A stretch of 64,000 nt of DNA from Pavona decussata (taxonomy: Eukaryota): the NCBI GenBank assembly GCA_977016875.1, contig CDRNST010000002.1, forward strand, positions 2,418,001-2,482,000, written 5' to 3'. A program made the position numbers and the translations under genes. The stretch's first letter is position 1; each line of letters begins with the position of its first letter. The notes under the pieces are model-generated. The model saw nothing but the letters and a program-made list of their open reading frames with translations. It did no database searches and was not told the origin of the DNA. Below, piece by piece: positions 26,244 to 39,460 of this stretch.

Positions 26244-26428
26244 ATACAAAAGTGCCAGTTACAAAAGTGCCAGTTTGTTAGAAAAGTGCCCTATTGTTAC
26301 AAAAGTGCCCTATCGAACGTTGCAAAAGTGCCCCAGTGACGTTACAAAAGTGCCCTGGGTTACAAAAGTTCCCTAGCTTCGTGACAAAAGTTCCCTATCG
26401 CGTTACAAAAGTGCCCTTTTTTCGTTAC
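26244..26428. repeat. Array of GTTACAAAAGTGCC motifs running into the gap
   Basis: About 9 copies. Confidence 0.9.
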
Positions 26429-26861
26429 NNNNNNNNNNNNNNNNNNNNNNNNNNNNNNNNNNNNNNNNNNNNNNNNNNNNNNNNNNNNNNNNNNNNNNNN
26501 NNNNNNNNNNNNNNNNNNNNNNNNNNNNNNNNNNNNNNNNNNNNNNNNNNNNNNNNNNNNNNNNNNNNNNNNNNNNNNNNNNNNNNNNNNNNNNNNNNNN
26601 NNNNNNNNNNNNNNNNNNNNNNNNNNNNNNNNNNNNNNNNNNNNNNNNNNNNNNNNNNNNNNNNNNNNNNNNNNNNNNNNNNNNNNNNNNNNNNNNNNNN
26701 NNNNNNNNNNNNNNNNNNNNNNNNNNNNNNNNNNNNNNNNNNNNNNNNNNNNNNNNNNNNNNNNNNNNNNNNNNNNNNNNNNNNNNNNNNNNNNNNNNNN
26801 NNNNNNNNNNNNNNNNNNNNNNNNNNNNNNNNNNNNNNNNNNNNNNNNNNNNNNNNNNNNN
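26429..26861. other. Assembly gap (433 N)
   Basis: Run of N. Confidence 1.
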
Positions 26862-27911
26862 TTTTGCTTTTAATTTGGCGGGCACTCTGAGCTATGAACT
26901 ACTAATTTTTGCTCTTACCATAGACTTCTTCCAGAATATCTTCATATGGTTGATCTTGTTCTGCTAGTAAACAAAATAGGTCAGTGATTAGTTATGCTTA
27001 ATCAAACTCTCAAGAAAAAAATATCAGCCTTTTAATAATCTCTTTCCCCTCGCGATAAGCGCCCATTTTGAGTAACTTGTGTGAGGATAACTTTCCTACC
27101 TGGAGGCTGTTCAAGGGATCTCACGGAAACTATTTCCAATTCTCGGGTTGGACTTGCCCTTGGGGTCGTAATACTTGAAGGCAAAGTATTTGTTGTTCCT
27201 GTCGAGATCAAATGACCTGATTACTGATAACTTGTATATAGCCAGCACAGCTGAGGCAATAAAATTACTCCTGCATCATAATCTTCCTGAGTCTCTGCCT
27301 CGCAAACACATTTTGTTCCTTACGTGAGTGGCAAGCTTGAATACTGAGAATGCTGCCTAACCTATACTTCCTCTACCACCCTGTGAAGTAGCTGAAGTTA
27401 AGGAAGGTGAATACCGCGTTGCTGTAGAATTTCCTATGGAGGATATAGGTTAAGCTCGTTAGATCAGCCATTTTCGTTTGTTTGTTGTTGTTGTTTTTCG
27501 AGCCACACTTTTTATATTTAATTATCACTTTTCCAAAAAAACAACGTGCACTGCTTTCGTTGCGCTTTGGTAGTATTGCCTAGTGGATTATACATATTTA
27601 CTTGATCTGATCGGTTTTTTACATTTTGAACTTTTCTTGGAAAAAATATCGTGCCCGAGATAAGAAATAGAAAGGAATATTCGTTGTCTCCATAAAACAT
27701 GTTTTCCCATTTATATGAAAAAGTCAGATTTTCATATTTAACCATTAGTTTTTTAAGAACTAACCTGTACTGTTTCCGCTAGCCTGTAACAGAGCCGTAG
27801 TTGCGGTTGATGACGTCCTCGCTGCAGTAGAATTGCATATTGGAGAATATCCAATTACTTCATTCATAGATTTGATAGGAACCTAGATAAATTCTAACTT
27901 TTGGTATTTAA

Positions 27912-28142
27912 AGGGGACGTATCATAGGGTTTTTATTATCTCTTGTTAAAAATGATGAGATAAGACCTTCAATTAGCCGCCAAATAATTCTAGAATAACG
28001 AGAGGAAAGAAATTAACTCAATTCTTGAAAGGAACAACTCTTGATCTGTTCTGGCGCATTTTGGCAACAAAACCAGGAAAACTTGAAAAACATTAGCCTA
28101 ACATTTCTCAAGTTTCAATCCATACCGGCCTACTCTCACTGG
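27912..28142 (+). mobile_element. Truncated second copy of the Kolobok-type MITE at 25738
   Basis: TTAA|AGGGGACGTATCA; it aligns with 25738-25968 and then diverges. Confidence 0.85.
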
Positions 28143-30259
28143 ACGAAAAAATGGATTTACTAGGGTTGTTTGTCAAGGTGTGCAAAGTGAAGGAAAACAT
28201 AAGCATTTTGTTCCTTACGAATTTGCGTGCAAATGTGACGTAAATATGACATTTGCATAACATTTACCTCGCATTTGCATCCAAGGTAATCCTTGAACTT
28301 TCACACTGATTTGTCAAGCATTTGCTTTCTGTGCAAAAGTCGCATATTTACTATTAATGCAAATACAAGTAAAAATGGTGCAAAACAATTTTTTGCAACA
28401 TTTTTGTACCAGATTTACTTACAATGTCAATAAGTACCTTTGCATTGAATACACTGTCATTTGCCAATGGAGCAAAGTTGTTCATTTGCTATAAATTTGC
28501 CTTGACTTCAAACGAAAAAATAATTCATAGCTTTGCCTGCAATTGCTTAGAAGCAAATGTCCATTGAAACTGGTGCTTCAAATTCATATAATTTAGTTAG
28601 TTTTGCTACCAAGGCAAATCTCTAACATTCATGTACAAGTTTGCTCTCCATTGTTTTTTTTTATCTTTACAAAAAGGCAAATCTGGTTGCAGACGTGCTA
28701 CAAAACATTTAATTTACACCAGAATCTTAACACAAATATATGTACATAATTTTTCTTAAATCTCTAAACTGCAATAGAAACAATTGTCATCCCAGCCTAA
28801 TTAACCAGGTCTCATATGAGTAAGATCAATGGAATTTGATACTAACAATACTGGTAATTGTCAAAAAATTATGTTCCTTGAGTAGCAGTCACTCAACTGC
28901 AATTGTCATCGAAATGTCTGACCCATGAAATGCTTACTTTGGTGTATATACTGATCTTTAACATTATCTTCCATTGGTGTGATATGTTGATGGCAATGAA
29001 ACGGGAAAGTATCTTATTCAAAAAGACTAAGGCCATGAATCTATAATTGTTCAATTACTATTACACGAACAATTACCGATATGAACTTATGCCATAGATT
29101 CATCGCCAATCAGCTTTTGATTAATCAATAATGGATTTTTCATTTATTAATGTCAAGTGAAAAGCTGCCAAAACACATAGTCTATTTAGTAGCCACATAT
29201 TAAATGGCAATTCCCTGTTGAACATCCAGTTATCGGTCCTAAATTCATAGTCGGCTCAATACTGTAAATAACACCTTTATGAATGGCCACCCCTATTAAT
29301 AAATCTACTGCAACCACCTTTTGGTGCCTTGGTGCTCCTAATGAGGGTTTTTCCTGTCACCAAAACATTAATACACATAGTTTGGTTTTTTACTGAAAAA
29401 GCTGATGACAGATAAGAGACTGAAATGGTGTGACAAATAAATAAACAGACATTTCTTACCCTCTCGTGGTGAGTATTTTTGTCACCTAGTGTGCTGTATT
29501 TTGATTTTCTGGTGATAACGCTATAAAGCCGTCACGCTAATTTCTGGTAAAACCCCTATAAAGCGGCTACTTGCCAGTTCCCCAAGGCTGCCTGTTTAAC
29601 AGGGGTTCAACTGTATTTATATATCTTTCCCAGAAATCTGAGGGAAATAGTAATTCAGGCCATTTTAGGGGTATTTGTGGGCCTGCCAATAATTCCCTTA
29701 GAAGATGATTACATGAGTCAGGCTAGCCTGTCCTGTATAATGCCATTGTCCTGGTTCTTTGCAACCTGTCAAGTTTTGGACCTTTGTCTAGATCCAAATA
29801 AAGAGCCCTTGAGGTTGAAACCTGGATCTGCAAGCCAGTTGTAAACATGTCACGTAACAGGAAAAAAAACTAAGAAAAATTAATTTTAGTGCATAAACAA
29901 AAAAACAACCAGTCTTCATTATTTAAGGTGCACTTTACTATATCAAATATGCAAATGTAAAAACAAGTCCAAATCTATTGGTTTGGTGACACCAGTCATC
30001 TTAACAAACAGTCAACCTAGCTCATGTAATCCAACCCTTATTGAAAAATCTAATCAACAAACAATAGTGGCAGGCCTCCGCCTACCACAGAAATAACATT
30101 TTATTGTTTTCATAAACTCTGCAATACCAGTGCCCTAAATCACTCTGCCACGCTCCCTTAGCAAAAGGAGAAAACTTTCAGTACTCTTGTGGAGATTTGG
30201 TGAACATTACTAATTTTCACCATTCAGGTTCTTAAGCAAATAAACAGTTTTAACAGGAT

Positions 30260-30690
30260 CACCATCCTCGTTTCCAGAGCCTACGATCTTTTGGTCAGCG
30301 GTTGGATCATAGGCCCTGGTAACAGCCGTTACCGGATGTCGTAAATTTCACGACATCTGGTAGCGGTAACAGCCGTTACCGGATGTCGTGAATTTCACGA
30401 CATCTGGTAGCGCACGCTCAGTGTGATAAATTACCATTGCGCTTGCTCAGTATTATTATTGCTCAGTACAATCTCGTTCCCAGAGCCCTTGTTACGAGAT
30501 TGTGCTCAGTACTTGCTCAGTACTGCTCAGTATTAGGAAGTAAAGACAAATGCGCAGAGGCGTAGCATTTTTCACCTCATAGCGCATCAGGTTTTTGACA
30601 GCCAATGAAAAAAAAGATATTTTTGGATGGACCCAGAGCCACTCGTTCAACATTAAAAAAAAAAACGTTGGGGCTTTGAAGACGAGAATG
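30260..30690. mobile_element. MITE with an internal ~47-bp tandem duplication
   Basis: CCTCGTTTCCAGAGCC ... GGCTTTGAAGACGAG ends; GGTAACAGCCGTTACCGGATGTCGT... occurs twice. Confidence 0.55.
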
Positions 30691-31527
30691 CAGGATCACT
30701 TGAAAAATAAATTTCTTGAAGAAACTTATGTAAGATCTAAATTTATCATGCATATCCTGATGCAGCTAGACAGTGTCTTCCTCTTTGCTTTTATAGGATA
30801 GCACCAAAATCAAAATTAATATTATAGATTAACTGTGTTCCTTTGATACTAGGAGGAAATGTATAAAGTAAATGCAACATCACAACTGAGTATACGAAGT
30901 TTTATCCGATTACCATCACCTGGATACTAAAAGTAATAACTACACATCTTACTGTCATAAATAAATAATTGTTCGTGTTTCCAGTGCTTTATAAAGGCAA
31001 CCCAAAATAACTGTCTGTATCAAGCATTACTAAAAGGTGGTTAGCACTTTTGGTTATTCTCTGTAGTTCCAATTAGTGTTTTTCCATCTTTTTGGTATTC
31101 ATTGTGAAATTTTCACTGTAAATTTTATTTATAAAACTGTCCTTATGAAGCTGCCAGACTGTATTTACAGAAATATCTATTAATCTGTTCACTTCATCCA
31201 ACGCTTCTGATACCACATTTTGTTAATAACGACAACAGGGTAATAATTTTACCCACACAACTGTAGCACCACAAAAGCACTGACTGACAAGATGTGCCAT
31301 CTCGTCAGCTGCCAACCTACGATGTGCCATCGAGAAAGCTTTTAGTGGTCTTGTGGACATTCAGGGACTGCTTAGTATCTGTGCAATTAATGATCGGATG
31401 CAATGAATTGAACATGTCTGGGTAGGACAAAGAATGGATCCCCCCTTAAAAAAAGAAAAAAAACAACAACCAAGAAACAGCGAACAGCTTCAACAGGATT
31501 GTATGTCAGTACACATAATTATATAAA

Positions 31528-32653
31528 TCACTTGCTATGCAATTTTAATTGCACCTGTAGTTCATTAATGATATGGCTTAATTGTGGTCTTAACTCAGGA
31601 TCACTAAGAATGCACTTTTTGCCCAAAGCACAAAGGAAATGGCATTGAAGGTATGTACCAACTACACACATCACTCTTCCAAAAGAAAACACATCACTGG
31701 TATGTGAAGGTGGACTGGCACCACATACAATTTCAGGAGCAATGTGTCCGTGCTTCCTTTTGTAAAGTTTTTGTTCTTCAGGTGTGAAATGTTTCACAAG
31801 GGAACCAACTGCTGTTAAAGCTACACATTTGCCAAAATCAATTAATATAGCATGGTACTCATTGTTCCAATGTGAGATCAGGACATTATCTGCTTTGGTA
31901 TCCCTGTGAATGAATCCTTGTTTATGTAGATAAGATATCGCCTGAGCAACCTGATTGATCAAGGTCAGCCAACTGACCAGTGGAAGGTTTAAACCGCTGC
32001 TCTTCAGTGGTGATGACAATGTGTATGGCCTATCCAAAACATGGCAAAAAGGACGATACTAGATGGTAAGGCTTTGACAGGGTGCACACCCCAATAAGAA
32101 GAGGAAAATTTGCATGTTTGAACTTTGACATGACTCTTGCCTCCCGTTTAATCTCCTCTGCCGTAGCAGTATGAAATGTTTTTACTGCAACAGGATTGCC
32201 CCTGTAAAACATCTTATTGCAGCAACCAAACACACCAGAACCAAGATGCACCTTCACCTCCGTTCCAAATTCATCTTTGGGGGGCTTGATGAAGAAGACA
32301 ACCAATATTCAACTTATTGTTGACTTCCTGCTCCACTGAGTGTCTGTGAACTGTTGATTGCTCCTGAGAGTGTTTGGCAAGCTTACGTGCTTGGGCGACC
32401 GCTAATAAATCGTTCCGGCTTAGAAGATTTTAAATATTGTACATACCTTCCTTTGAGTTACAGATTGCCTTGGAATCGATGTCAAGGGCTTCCTTGAAGT
32501 CTCTTCTCACTTGAGAAGCGAGTGCCACCAATCGTAATATTTTCTCTCTATATAGTCGCATGTCTTTCGCTGTTTCTCGAGGCAACCTTCTCGATCAGTA
32601 ATCCAGACACAAGCATCTTCTCTTTGTTAAAGTTTCTTTCCAGTCGTCTCCAT
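31528..32653 (-). pseudogene. Intronless protein kinase (TKL/STK-like), frameshifted
   Basis: LGSGVFG, VAVK, HRDTKADN, DFG, APE and SDVFSFG motifs; frameshift near 32035. Confidence 0.88.
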
Positions 32654-32980
32654 TTTTTCCTTTCTCTTTTCATTCGTCTATCTCCTCCCCTGTGTTTTCA
32701 CCGCTTTTTCTACACATGAATACAATAAAAATGTTGAAAATTATTGCAATCTTTGCCCTTGCCGGTCCGTGCCTAGTTCGCTTCATTCAGTCCCGCCGAT
32801 TCTGTTTCAAGGCGCCAAAACTACCGCTGACCAGCAAATAAATAACTTCAAGAATTTTTGTCACTAGATTCTCCCGGACTTCGCGATTATGACAAGAACA
32901 ATTTTCCGTAGGAGAAGTAGGAGGAATTTTGATACTTTAATGATGTTAATTTTTATAATTAAACTAAAAAATGAAAAAAA

Positions 32981-33955
32981 ATACAGTTGAACCTCCCTTT
33001 GCGACCACCTCTCGTAAGCGACCACCTCTAATGAGCGACCACTTTTTCAGAATACCAAAAGTTCTCAAGTCAAATCACTATAAATGGAACCTTGTTATGG
33101 AACGATTGTTAAAAATTTTCAATTGTTTTTAACCTCCTGTAGGCGACCGCTTAACACACAATCTGTTGTTTCTCTCACAGGCGGAAATTGCAAAATGTGT
33201 CGCTGTAACATGTACACATTGGCCACATCATTACAGCCGACGCCGTATTAAAATCTCACAGCCGTAGCTACCGGAAGTGTCTCCCAAAATACACGAAATA
33301 GCTTAGCATTGGAACAATACACCTAGTCGGGTAACACAATGTTGTACTAATAACAAATCCTTTGGGCATAAAATGTTTCATTCTAAGTATACCCATATAA
33401 TTTAAATGTGAGTGCTACATTATAATGCAAATACAATGAACAAAGAATCTTAACCCCAGGGGGATCTGTATTGGGTACAACATTGGGTTAGCCTAATAGG
33501 TCTATTGACAGCGTACACATGCACTATAGTGTACAATATCCTGAAATAAACTTTTTAAATCAGGTTGAATCCCTTATAGGAAAGAAACTGTCTTATCTTG
33601 TAAATAGCATGTATGTACATGCACTACCGGTGTTGACTCTCTCAACCTTGTGTTACTCAACAGAAAAATTTTGGCGATAGAAAACGTCAACTGGATTATG
33701 TAACAAACAAACAAACACGAAAGTGATGTTTTACGCTTGAAATGTAACATCGCAAAAATGCCGTTTACTATTTGGTGCTAAATCAGGCAGTCTAAAGAAA
33801 AGTTGTTATTTTGGGTTTCAGGGGTGGCAATTACTATATGTAGATTACTCGAAATTTAGACCCCCTATGGTCTGACCTCTGGTAAGCGACCACCTCCGTA
33901 AACAACCACATATCCTTGACATTATGGGTGGACGCTTACAAGAGATTCGATTGTA
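32981..33955. mobile_element. TA-flanked pogo/Tigger-type non-autonomous element
   Basis: TACAGTTGAACCTC ... GAGATTCGATTGTA ends and GCGACCACCTC subterminal repeats. Confidence 0.7.
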
Positions 33956-34317
33956 AATAAATAAAAAAAAATCACAAGTAGCATGCCAGTAATTTAAATT
34001 GTTTAATAAAAGAATCCCTAAGAAACCTTTCCAATGTCCATGCCAGGCAGTGGAACCCTGATATAACAAAGGGCCATGAGACTGGCAAAATATGTTTGCT
34101 ATATTAATGAGGTTTTGTTACATCAAGGTTTTTTCTTACATATTTCAATGTAACTGAAGCTGTTTTCTATCAAAAATTAGGAACAAAAACACTGTAATGA
34201 TCATATCATATTATGATCATGCCATATCATATGCAATGATCATCATATTATCTATCAGGATGTGAAACTTGAACGTAAAATAAACTACCAATGAAATTGA
34301 TCTGACAGGCACTAAAG

Positions 34318-37132
34318 CTAACACTGCAATTTGCGTGTAAGAGGACAGACTACAAGAACATTTTAATCTTGGAGAATGTCAATTGCTGGTATGAATTTTC
34401 CACTGATTCGCTGAATTGGAATGAATGTTGATTCAACTTCACATTCAAAGAGATCTTTACACCAGACCTCAACAGGAGCACCTAAGGAGTATCTTGACGG
34501 GTGGGCTTGAAACCAACGTACAGAAGCCAAAACAGCGGTCACAGTGTCCATTTACTTGTACATTTTGTTTCATAAAATAATCAATGACACCTGGTCTCAA
34601 ATCAGTTCCAGAAATGTCAATTGTGCCACCAAGTTTGCACCACCTTGCCAACACAAATGCTGATCTATCTCTTCTTGATTTAGTGGAACCAAAGAGATCT
34701 CCATTGAACTTACAGCAAGCATAACGTTCAAAGTGAGTTGTAACGGATGTTTCATCCAGCACATCAAAAATAGTAGCATAGCATTTCTTTAGATGGGGAA
34801 GAACATCTACATCTATAGTGTCTCTTGAATATGGTCCACAGCATGTGTACAAATGGAAACTACTCGCAAATTCTCCACCAGTTCGCACATGACCTATGGA
34901 CAAGACAGTAGCTTGGATAATTTCTCCAGGCACCTGGTCCTGCTCAGATAGAGACTGCTCTTCAACATTTCCTGATTGTTTCGAGTAAAGACTGTTAAGC
35001 AGAGGTTTAAATACATCTTGGAACTCAACAGGCAAAGGCAAATCTTTCATAAACTGACTTGATAAGAATTTGCACATTAACTGTATCTCAACAGCACGTT
35101 GATTAGTCCCATACTCACCAAGAATTCCATTATAGCGCTCAAACCTAAACAGCCAAAATGAATACACAGGTCTATAATCCAAGACACACTCAACAAAATG
35201 GGTATGCAGATGTATGTTTGGAGTTACTCTGTGCTTGCCATACAACTGTTCAAAACTCTCGCAAAATTTCAAAAGGTGGGAGTGTGCAAGCAATGCTTTT
35301 GTTTCTGTAAGAACAGTAGAGCACAGACATGAACAACCTATGACAAAATTACGCCACACTTCCAAGTCACTGCGCGGCAAGACATTCCACAAGGCATGTA
35401 TGGAAGAAAGAACTGTAAATGATTTCCACTGATCTGCTGTGATGATTCCACTGATCGGCTGTGAAGCCTCCACAACTGTTCTGTATTTTCCTGGGCATTC
35501 TTCCCACACTGGCTGGAACTTTCAGCTTGACCGTTTTTTCTTGTATCTGTTGCAAGTTATTCCTGTCAAGCAAAGGCGTCTCTGGATCTAACCATACATT
35601 CTTCATAATATGTTTAGCTGTCCCAGTAAACAGATTGTGCATTGGGTCAATGATGTGAAAGCAAACAATCAAAATAAGGCAAAAATACCTTGTTCCATAC
35701 CTTGTTCCATACCGCTGTTCAAGGTTTGTACAGTCACCTGCGGTTGTTTGGTTTGAGATCTCCTGCGCTTGCAGTCTGCACTCATTGTTGCTCCTTGGAG
35801 GGCATGGTTCAAAGCCCAAAAAAATCAATTTTGGTACCAACTGAGCCAGGGAAAAATTTCTTGCATTTTAAACAGCCCATATTTGAACCATGGCCAGTAA
35901 ATCCACAAACCTTTCTTGCTGCTGGGATGTCGCAGCCAACACAAAGAAGAGCAGCATGGAAGTTGGCAGTTGCAGTTGACCCATGTGCCTTGAGACTTAT
36001 GCCATCTTTCCACAGCACATTCAGTTCAGCCACAAGAGCCTGTAAGTACGAATTAATGTGGTGTATTGGTTCGCGGGGCCCAGGGATTACACCAACTAAA
36101 AAAACGTTTTCTGGTTTAAACCTTTCAGCCCTGGGAATGTTCATCAGAACCATATAGAGCACTCCTACACTATACAATGAATGCTTGAAAGGCTGAAACC
36201 AGTCAACATTAAGCATAAATGCATAGTTTCTAGGTGCTGCTAAATATGGTCTCCCACCCACATATTGCCATCCTTTCCAGATACGTCCATCAAAGATATC
36301 TGCAAGGAATCCCTCAGGGATGTCCCTGCTTCGCCATAATTCGCATTTATTGACAAATTCCGGCCTTTGACGGAATTGACGGAGATTCTCAATGATGCTG
36401 TTGTAACAGTACACTTTGTGTGGGTAGGGCTTAGTTCCCCCACTCTTTAAGGAAACTTCTTTTAAAAGTGGCTCACCACACTTGGTACAACGGAAATGTT
36501 GCCGATGGTTTGGAAACTGCACAAAAGCACACTTCTTTGTTACTTTTCGACCACAAACAAGTTCATAACAGTCATGAAAATTGTACAAAGTGTGACACTT
36601 TGGGCACACAACATATTTAATAAATCTGTCTTTGTCCAGGCCCAGTTGCTTGCGAAGTAGATGGACTGACTTTGGGAACAGCACAGGAAAACTTGCAACA
36701 ACTGGAAAGATTGTGCCCATGGAATCAAATAGCACCCTCAAAAAAGTAAGAAGTATTTCCAATGCATTGTAACGATCTTGTTAGTTTTCAACTTGTATTA
36801 TACAATTATAATTAGAATTATTTTCTAAATTATTATCTTGTTATTATTTTTAGTAATATTATTGTATTGTATCTCTATTTAGTTGTACTTTTGCAACATA
36901 ACTCTTAGATTATTTTTTATCTTTTCAATTCTTTCATCAGACTAAGTCTATTAGTTGTTCCCGTTAATTTTTCTGTTTATCGCTGTGTAATTGTATTATT
37001 TCACTGATGAGATTGGGCTGTCAATAAATTGCATTGAACATCCTTGAATCCTATTTGTTCCTGCCCGCTGCCGCTGCATCCTGTTACAGGTGTGTTCTTG
37101 TGAGGTGGAGATCGTAAACAAATAGCCGCCAT
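34318..37132 (-). pseudogene. CMC/EnSpm (tnp2, Transposase_21-like) transposase
   Basis: DIFDGRIW, LNVDWFQPF, IPGPREP, CDIPAARKVCGF..H....C..C, DPMHNL and FERYNGILG motifs; several frameshifts. Confidence 0.9.
36770..37029 (+). mobile_element. AT-rich retroposon 3'-end insertion in the EnSpm transposase
   Basis: Flanked by a TGCATTG direct repeat and ends in AATAAA. Confidence 0.5.
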
Positions 37133-38094
37133 TTTGTCCGCGCATGTATTTCAGAAAGGGAGATTGGGACTAGTTCCCCCAAATTCTTAACCCATGATGC
37201 AAAGCAACTTTCGGTAGAAATCAGCAGGAAAGTTCATCATGTCTTGTTTTATTTGTGCAGGAATTAATTTCCTTTTTGATGCTTTCTATATTTTGTTCCA
37301 GCCATCCCTCCACTGCACTTCTTTGCAAACCAATAAGTTTGGTGTCCTCACATAGTACCGGTAAGTCCTGGCGTCGTTTAGTTCTCTTTGCATTTTGAAT
37401 TGCTTTTTTATTTTGTCTGAGATAAAAGCGTCGAGGGCAATGCAGAATGATCTTGGACAAACTTGAGGGCAGCTTCATAGGGTGCATGTACATTCTTTTT
37501 TGCTGAGGAACACAAATCACTCTTTGGATCATTCATGTCGAAAAGCATGGCATGTTTTATTTTTTCTTTCCATTTACCAGACAATCCCTTTTTGATTAAA
37601 CTGTTTCTTGGTCATTTGATTGGTTGTTTTGGTGCTCATGAGACTTGAAGCGTGCCTGCTCTTCTTGTTTTTCTCTTTCTTGTTCCTTGTTCTCTTGCTC
37701 CTTATTTCCCTGTAGATCTCTATTCTCTTCCTGCTCTGGGGGATGTTTTTCTTCCGACTCTTCTTTGTTCTCCTGTTCCTTATTTTCCTGCTGATCTCTA
37801 TCCTCTTCCTGCACTGGTGGTCATTTTTCTTCCAAATGTTCTTTGTTCTCCTGTTCCTCATTTTCCTGACTGTTCTACATTCTGTTTTTTCTTATTTTCC
37901 GGCCGCTTCATATTGTCTTCTTACGGCTGTTCCTGATTCTCTGATATTTGTACTTTCTTTTCTTTGTTTTCATTCTTTGACGTTTGTGTCTTCAATCGCT
38001 GAGAACGTTTTATCCTCGTTTTCTGATCGCAGTTTTTCTTTGTTTCTTCTGTCTTTATTTGTGACCTCTCACGCGAAAACGTTCCTTACGGTAT

Positions 38095-38560
38095 CCGTTC
38101 GAACGGTCGAACGCACGGTATGCGAACGGATGACAAACGGATAGAGAAGCCGTTTAAAACGGATGCCGTGAACGGCTGAACGGCTTCAGAAAAATTTCGA
38201 ACGGTTGAAGTCTAACGGCTGAACGGCTAAAGGAAAATTTCGAACGGTTGAAGTCTAACGGCTGAACAGCTAAAGGAAAATTTCGAACGGTTGAAGTCGA
38301 ACGGCTGAACGGCTTCAGAAAAATTTCGAACGGTTGAAGTCGAACGGCTGAACGGCTAAAGGAAAATTTAGAACGGTTGAAGTGGAACGGCTGAACGGCT
38401 TTAGAAAAATTTCGAACGGCTAAAGGAAAATTTAGAACGGTTGAACGGCTGAAGTTTTCAACCGATAAGGCCAAAGTTAAACGGTTGAACGGCTGAACAA
38501 TTTTTTTGAACGACAAAAGCCCAACGGCTGAACGGCTTTGGAAAATTACAGTTGAATGGC
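38095..38560. repeat. Left subterminal array of GAACGG(C/T)TGAA and TTCGAACGG motifs
   Basis: Units of about 41 bp: AAAATTTCGAACGGTTGAAGTCGAACGGCTGAACGGCT. Confidence 0.93.
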
Positions 38561-39460
38561 TAAATGGCTACATAATGAACGACTCGCTGCCATCAGCTGA
38601 ATAACAACTACAGCTACTATGTCTACTATCAACAACACGTTCGAACGAAATTGCAGTAATTAAGATAAACGCGACACGCGGCGCCGCTTAGATAATCTCT
38701 GAAATGGATCTCTTATCTGAAAACTGATTGAATAGAAAATCTAGAATAAATCTAATCCTGTTTTGAAAATAGTAAGTCTTCTGCGTTCGTTTTTGCGGGG
38801 GAGAAACAACAGCCGGTATAAATAGTCTGCGTTCTCTTGCTAAAATAATTGTCATGCAAATCGTAATTGACTTTGTAAACATCTCGTTTCCGAACACAGG
38901 TGACGCTTTCCCCACCATGTATCTTCGGAACTAACAGGGACAATTTATAGTGACGATTTTTACGATGTGCCGAGTATTTCTCGCTACCTTGAGTGCAAGC
39001 AATTTTTTTAAGTTAACAAAGAAGTGGGTGCCATTATTTTTGTCCGCCGCGTTGAGTCGCACTTAGTCTTGGACTGTATATCGCGTTTGGTTAGTGAAAA
39101 TTAATTATAAGAATCAATGCTACACTTATGACGGCTCAATCACAGTGAGAAAAAGTTCGCTTGAATCGATTCGAAATTCTCTGCCGCTTGCGATATTAAC
39201 TCACCGAATTCAGTCTGTGCGGCGCGGCGCGGCATGGTAAAGCAACTCGCATGCGAAGTTATTAAATCTTGCGATGCAATGTAATGCAAAATAAAAACTC
39301 AACGCAAATAGATTACAAGGTTCTTATCGATTGTAGAACAAAGCCGCAAATTTTTCACTTTGCATAATCACTATTAATTTTCGGCTCAGTGATTCTCATG
39401 GAAAATGCGTTGCCTTGGTAACTGCCAGATAACTCAGCTAATATATCACACAATCGCAAA

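Noticed and set aside
26294-26890. ORFs spanning the gap
   Set aside because: Artefacts of the N run.
37004-37030. Hammerhead ribozyme at CTGATGAG
   Set aside because: No stem II followed by GAAA.
38095-38560. CRISPR-like appearance of this array (also 47735-48100, 3456-3800 and 26244-26428)
   Set aside because: No unique spacers, no cas genes and a eukaryotic context; these are tandem or subterminal repeats.
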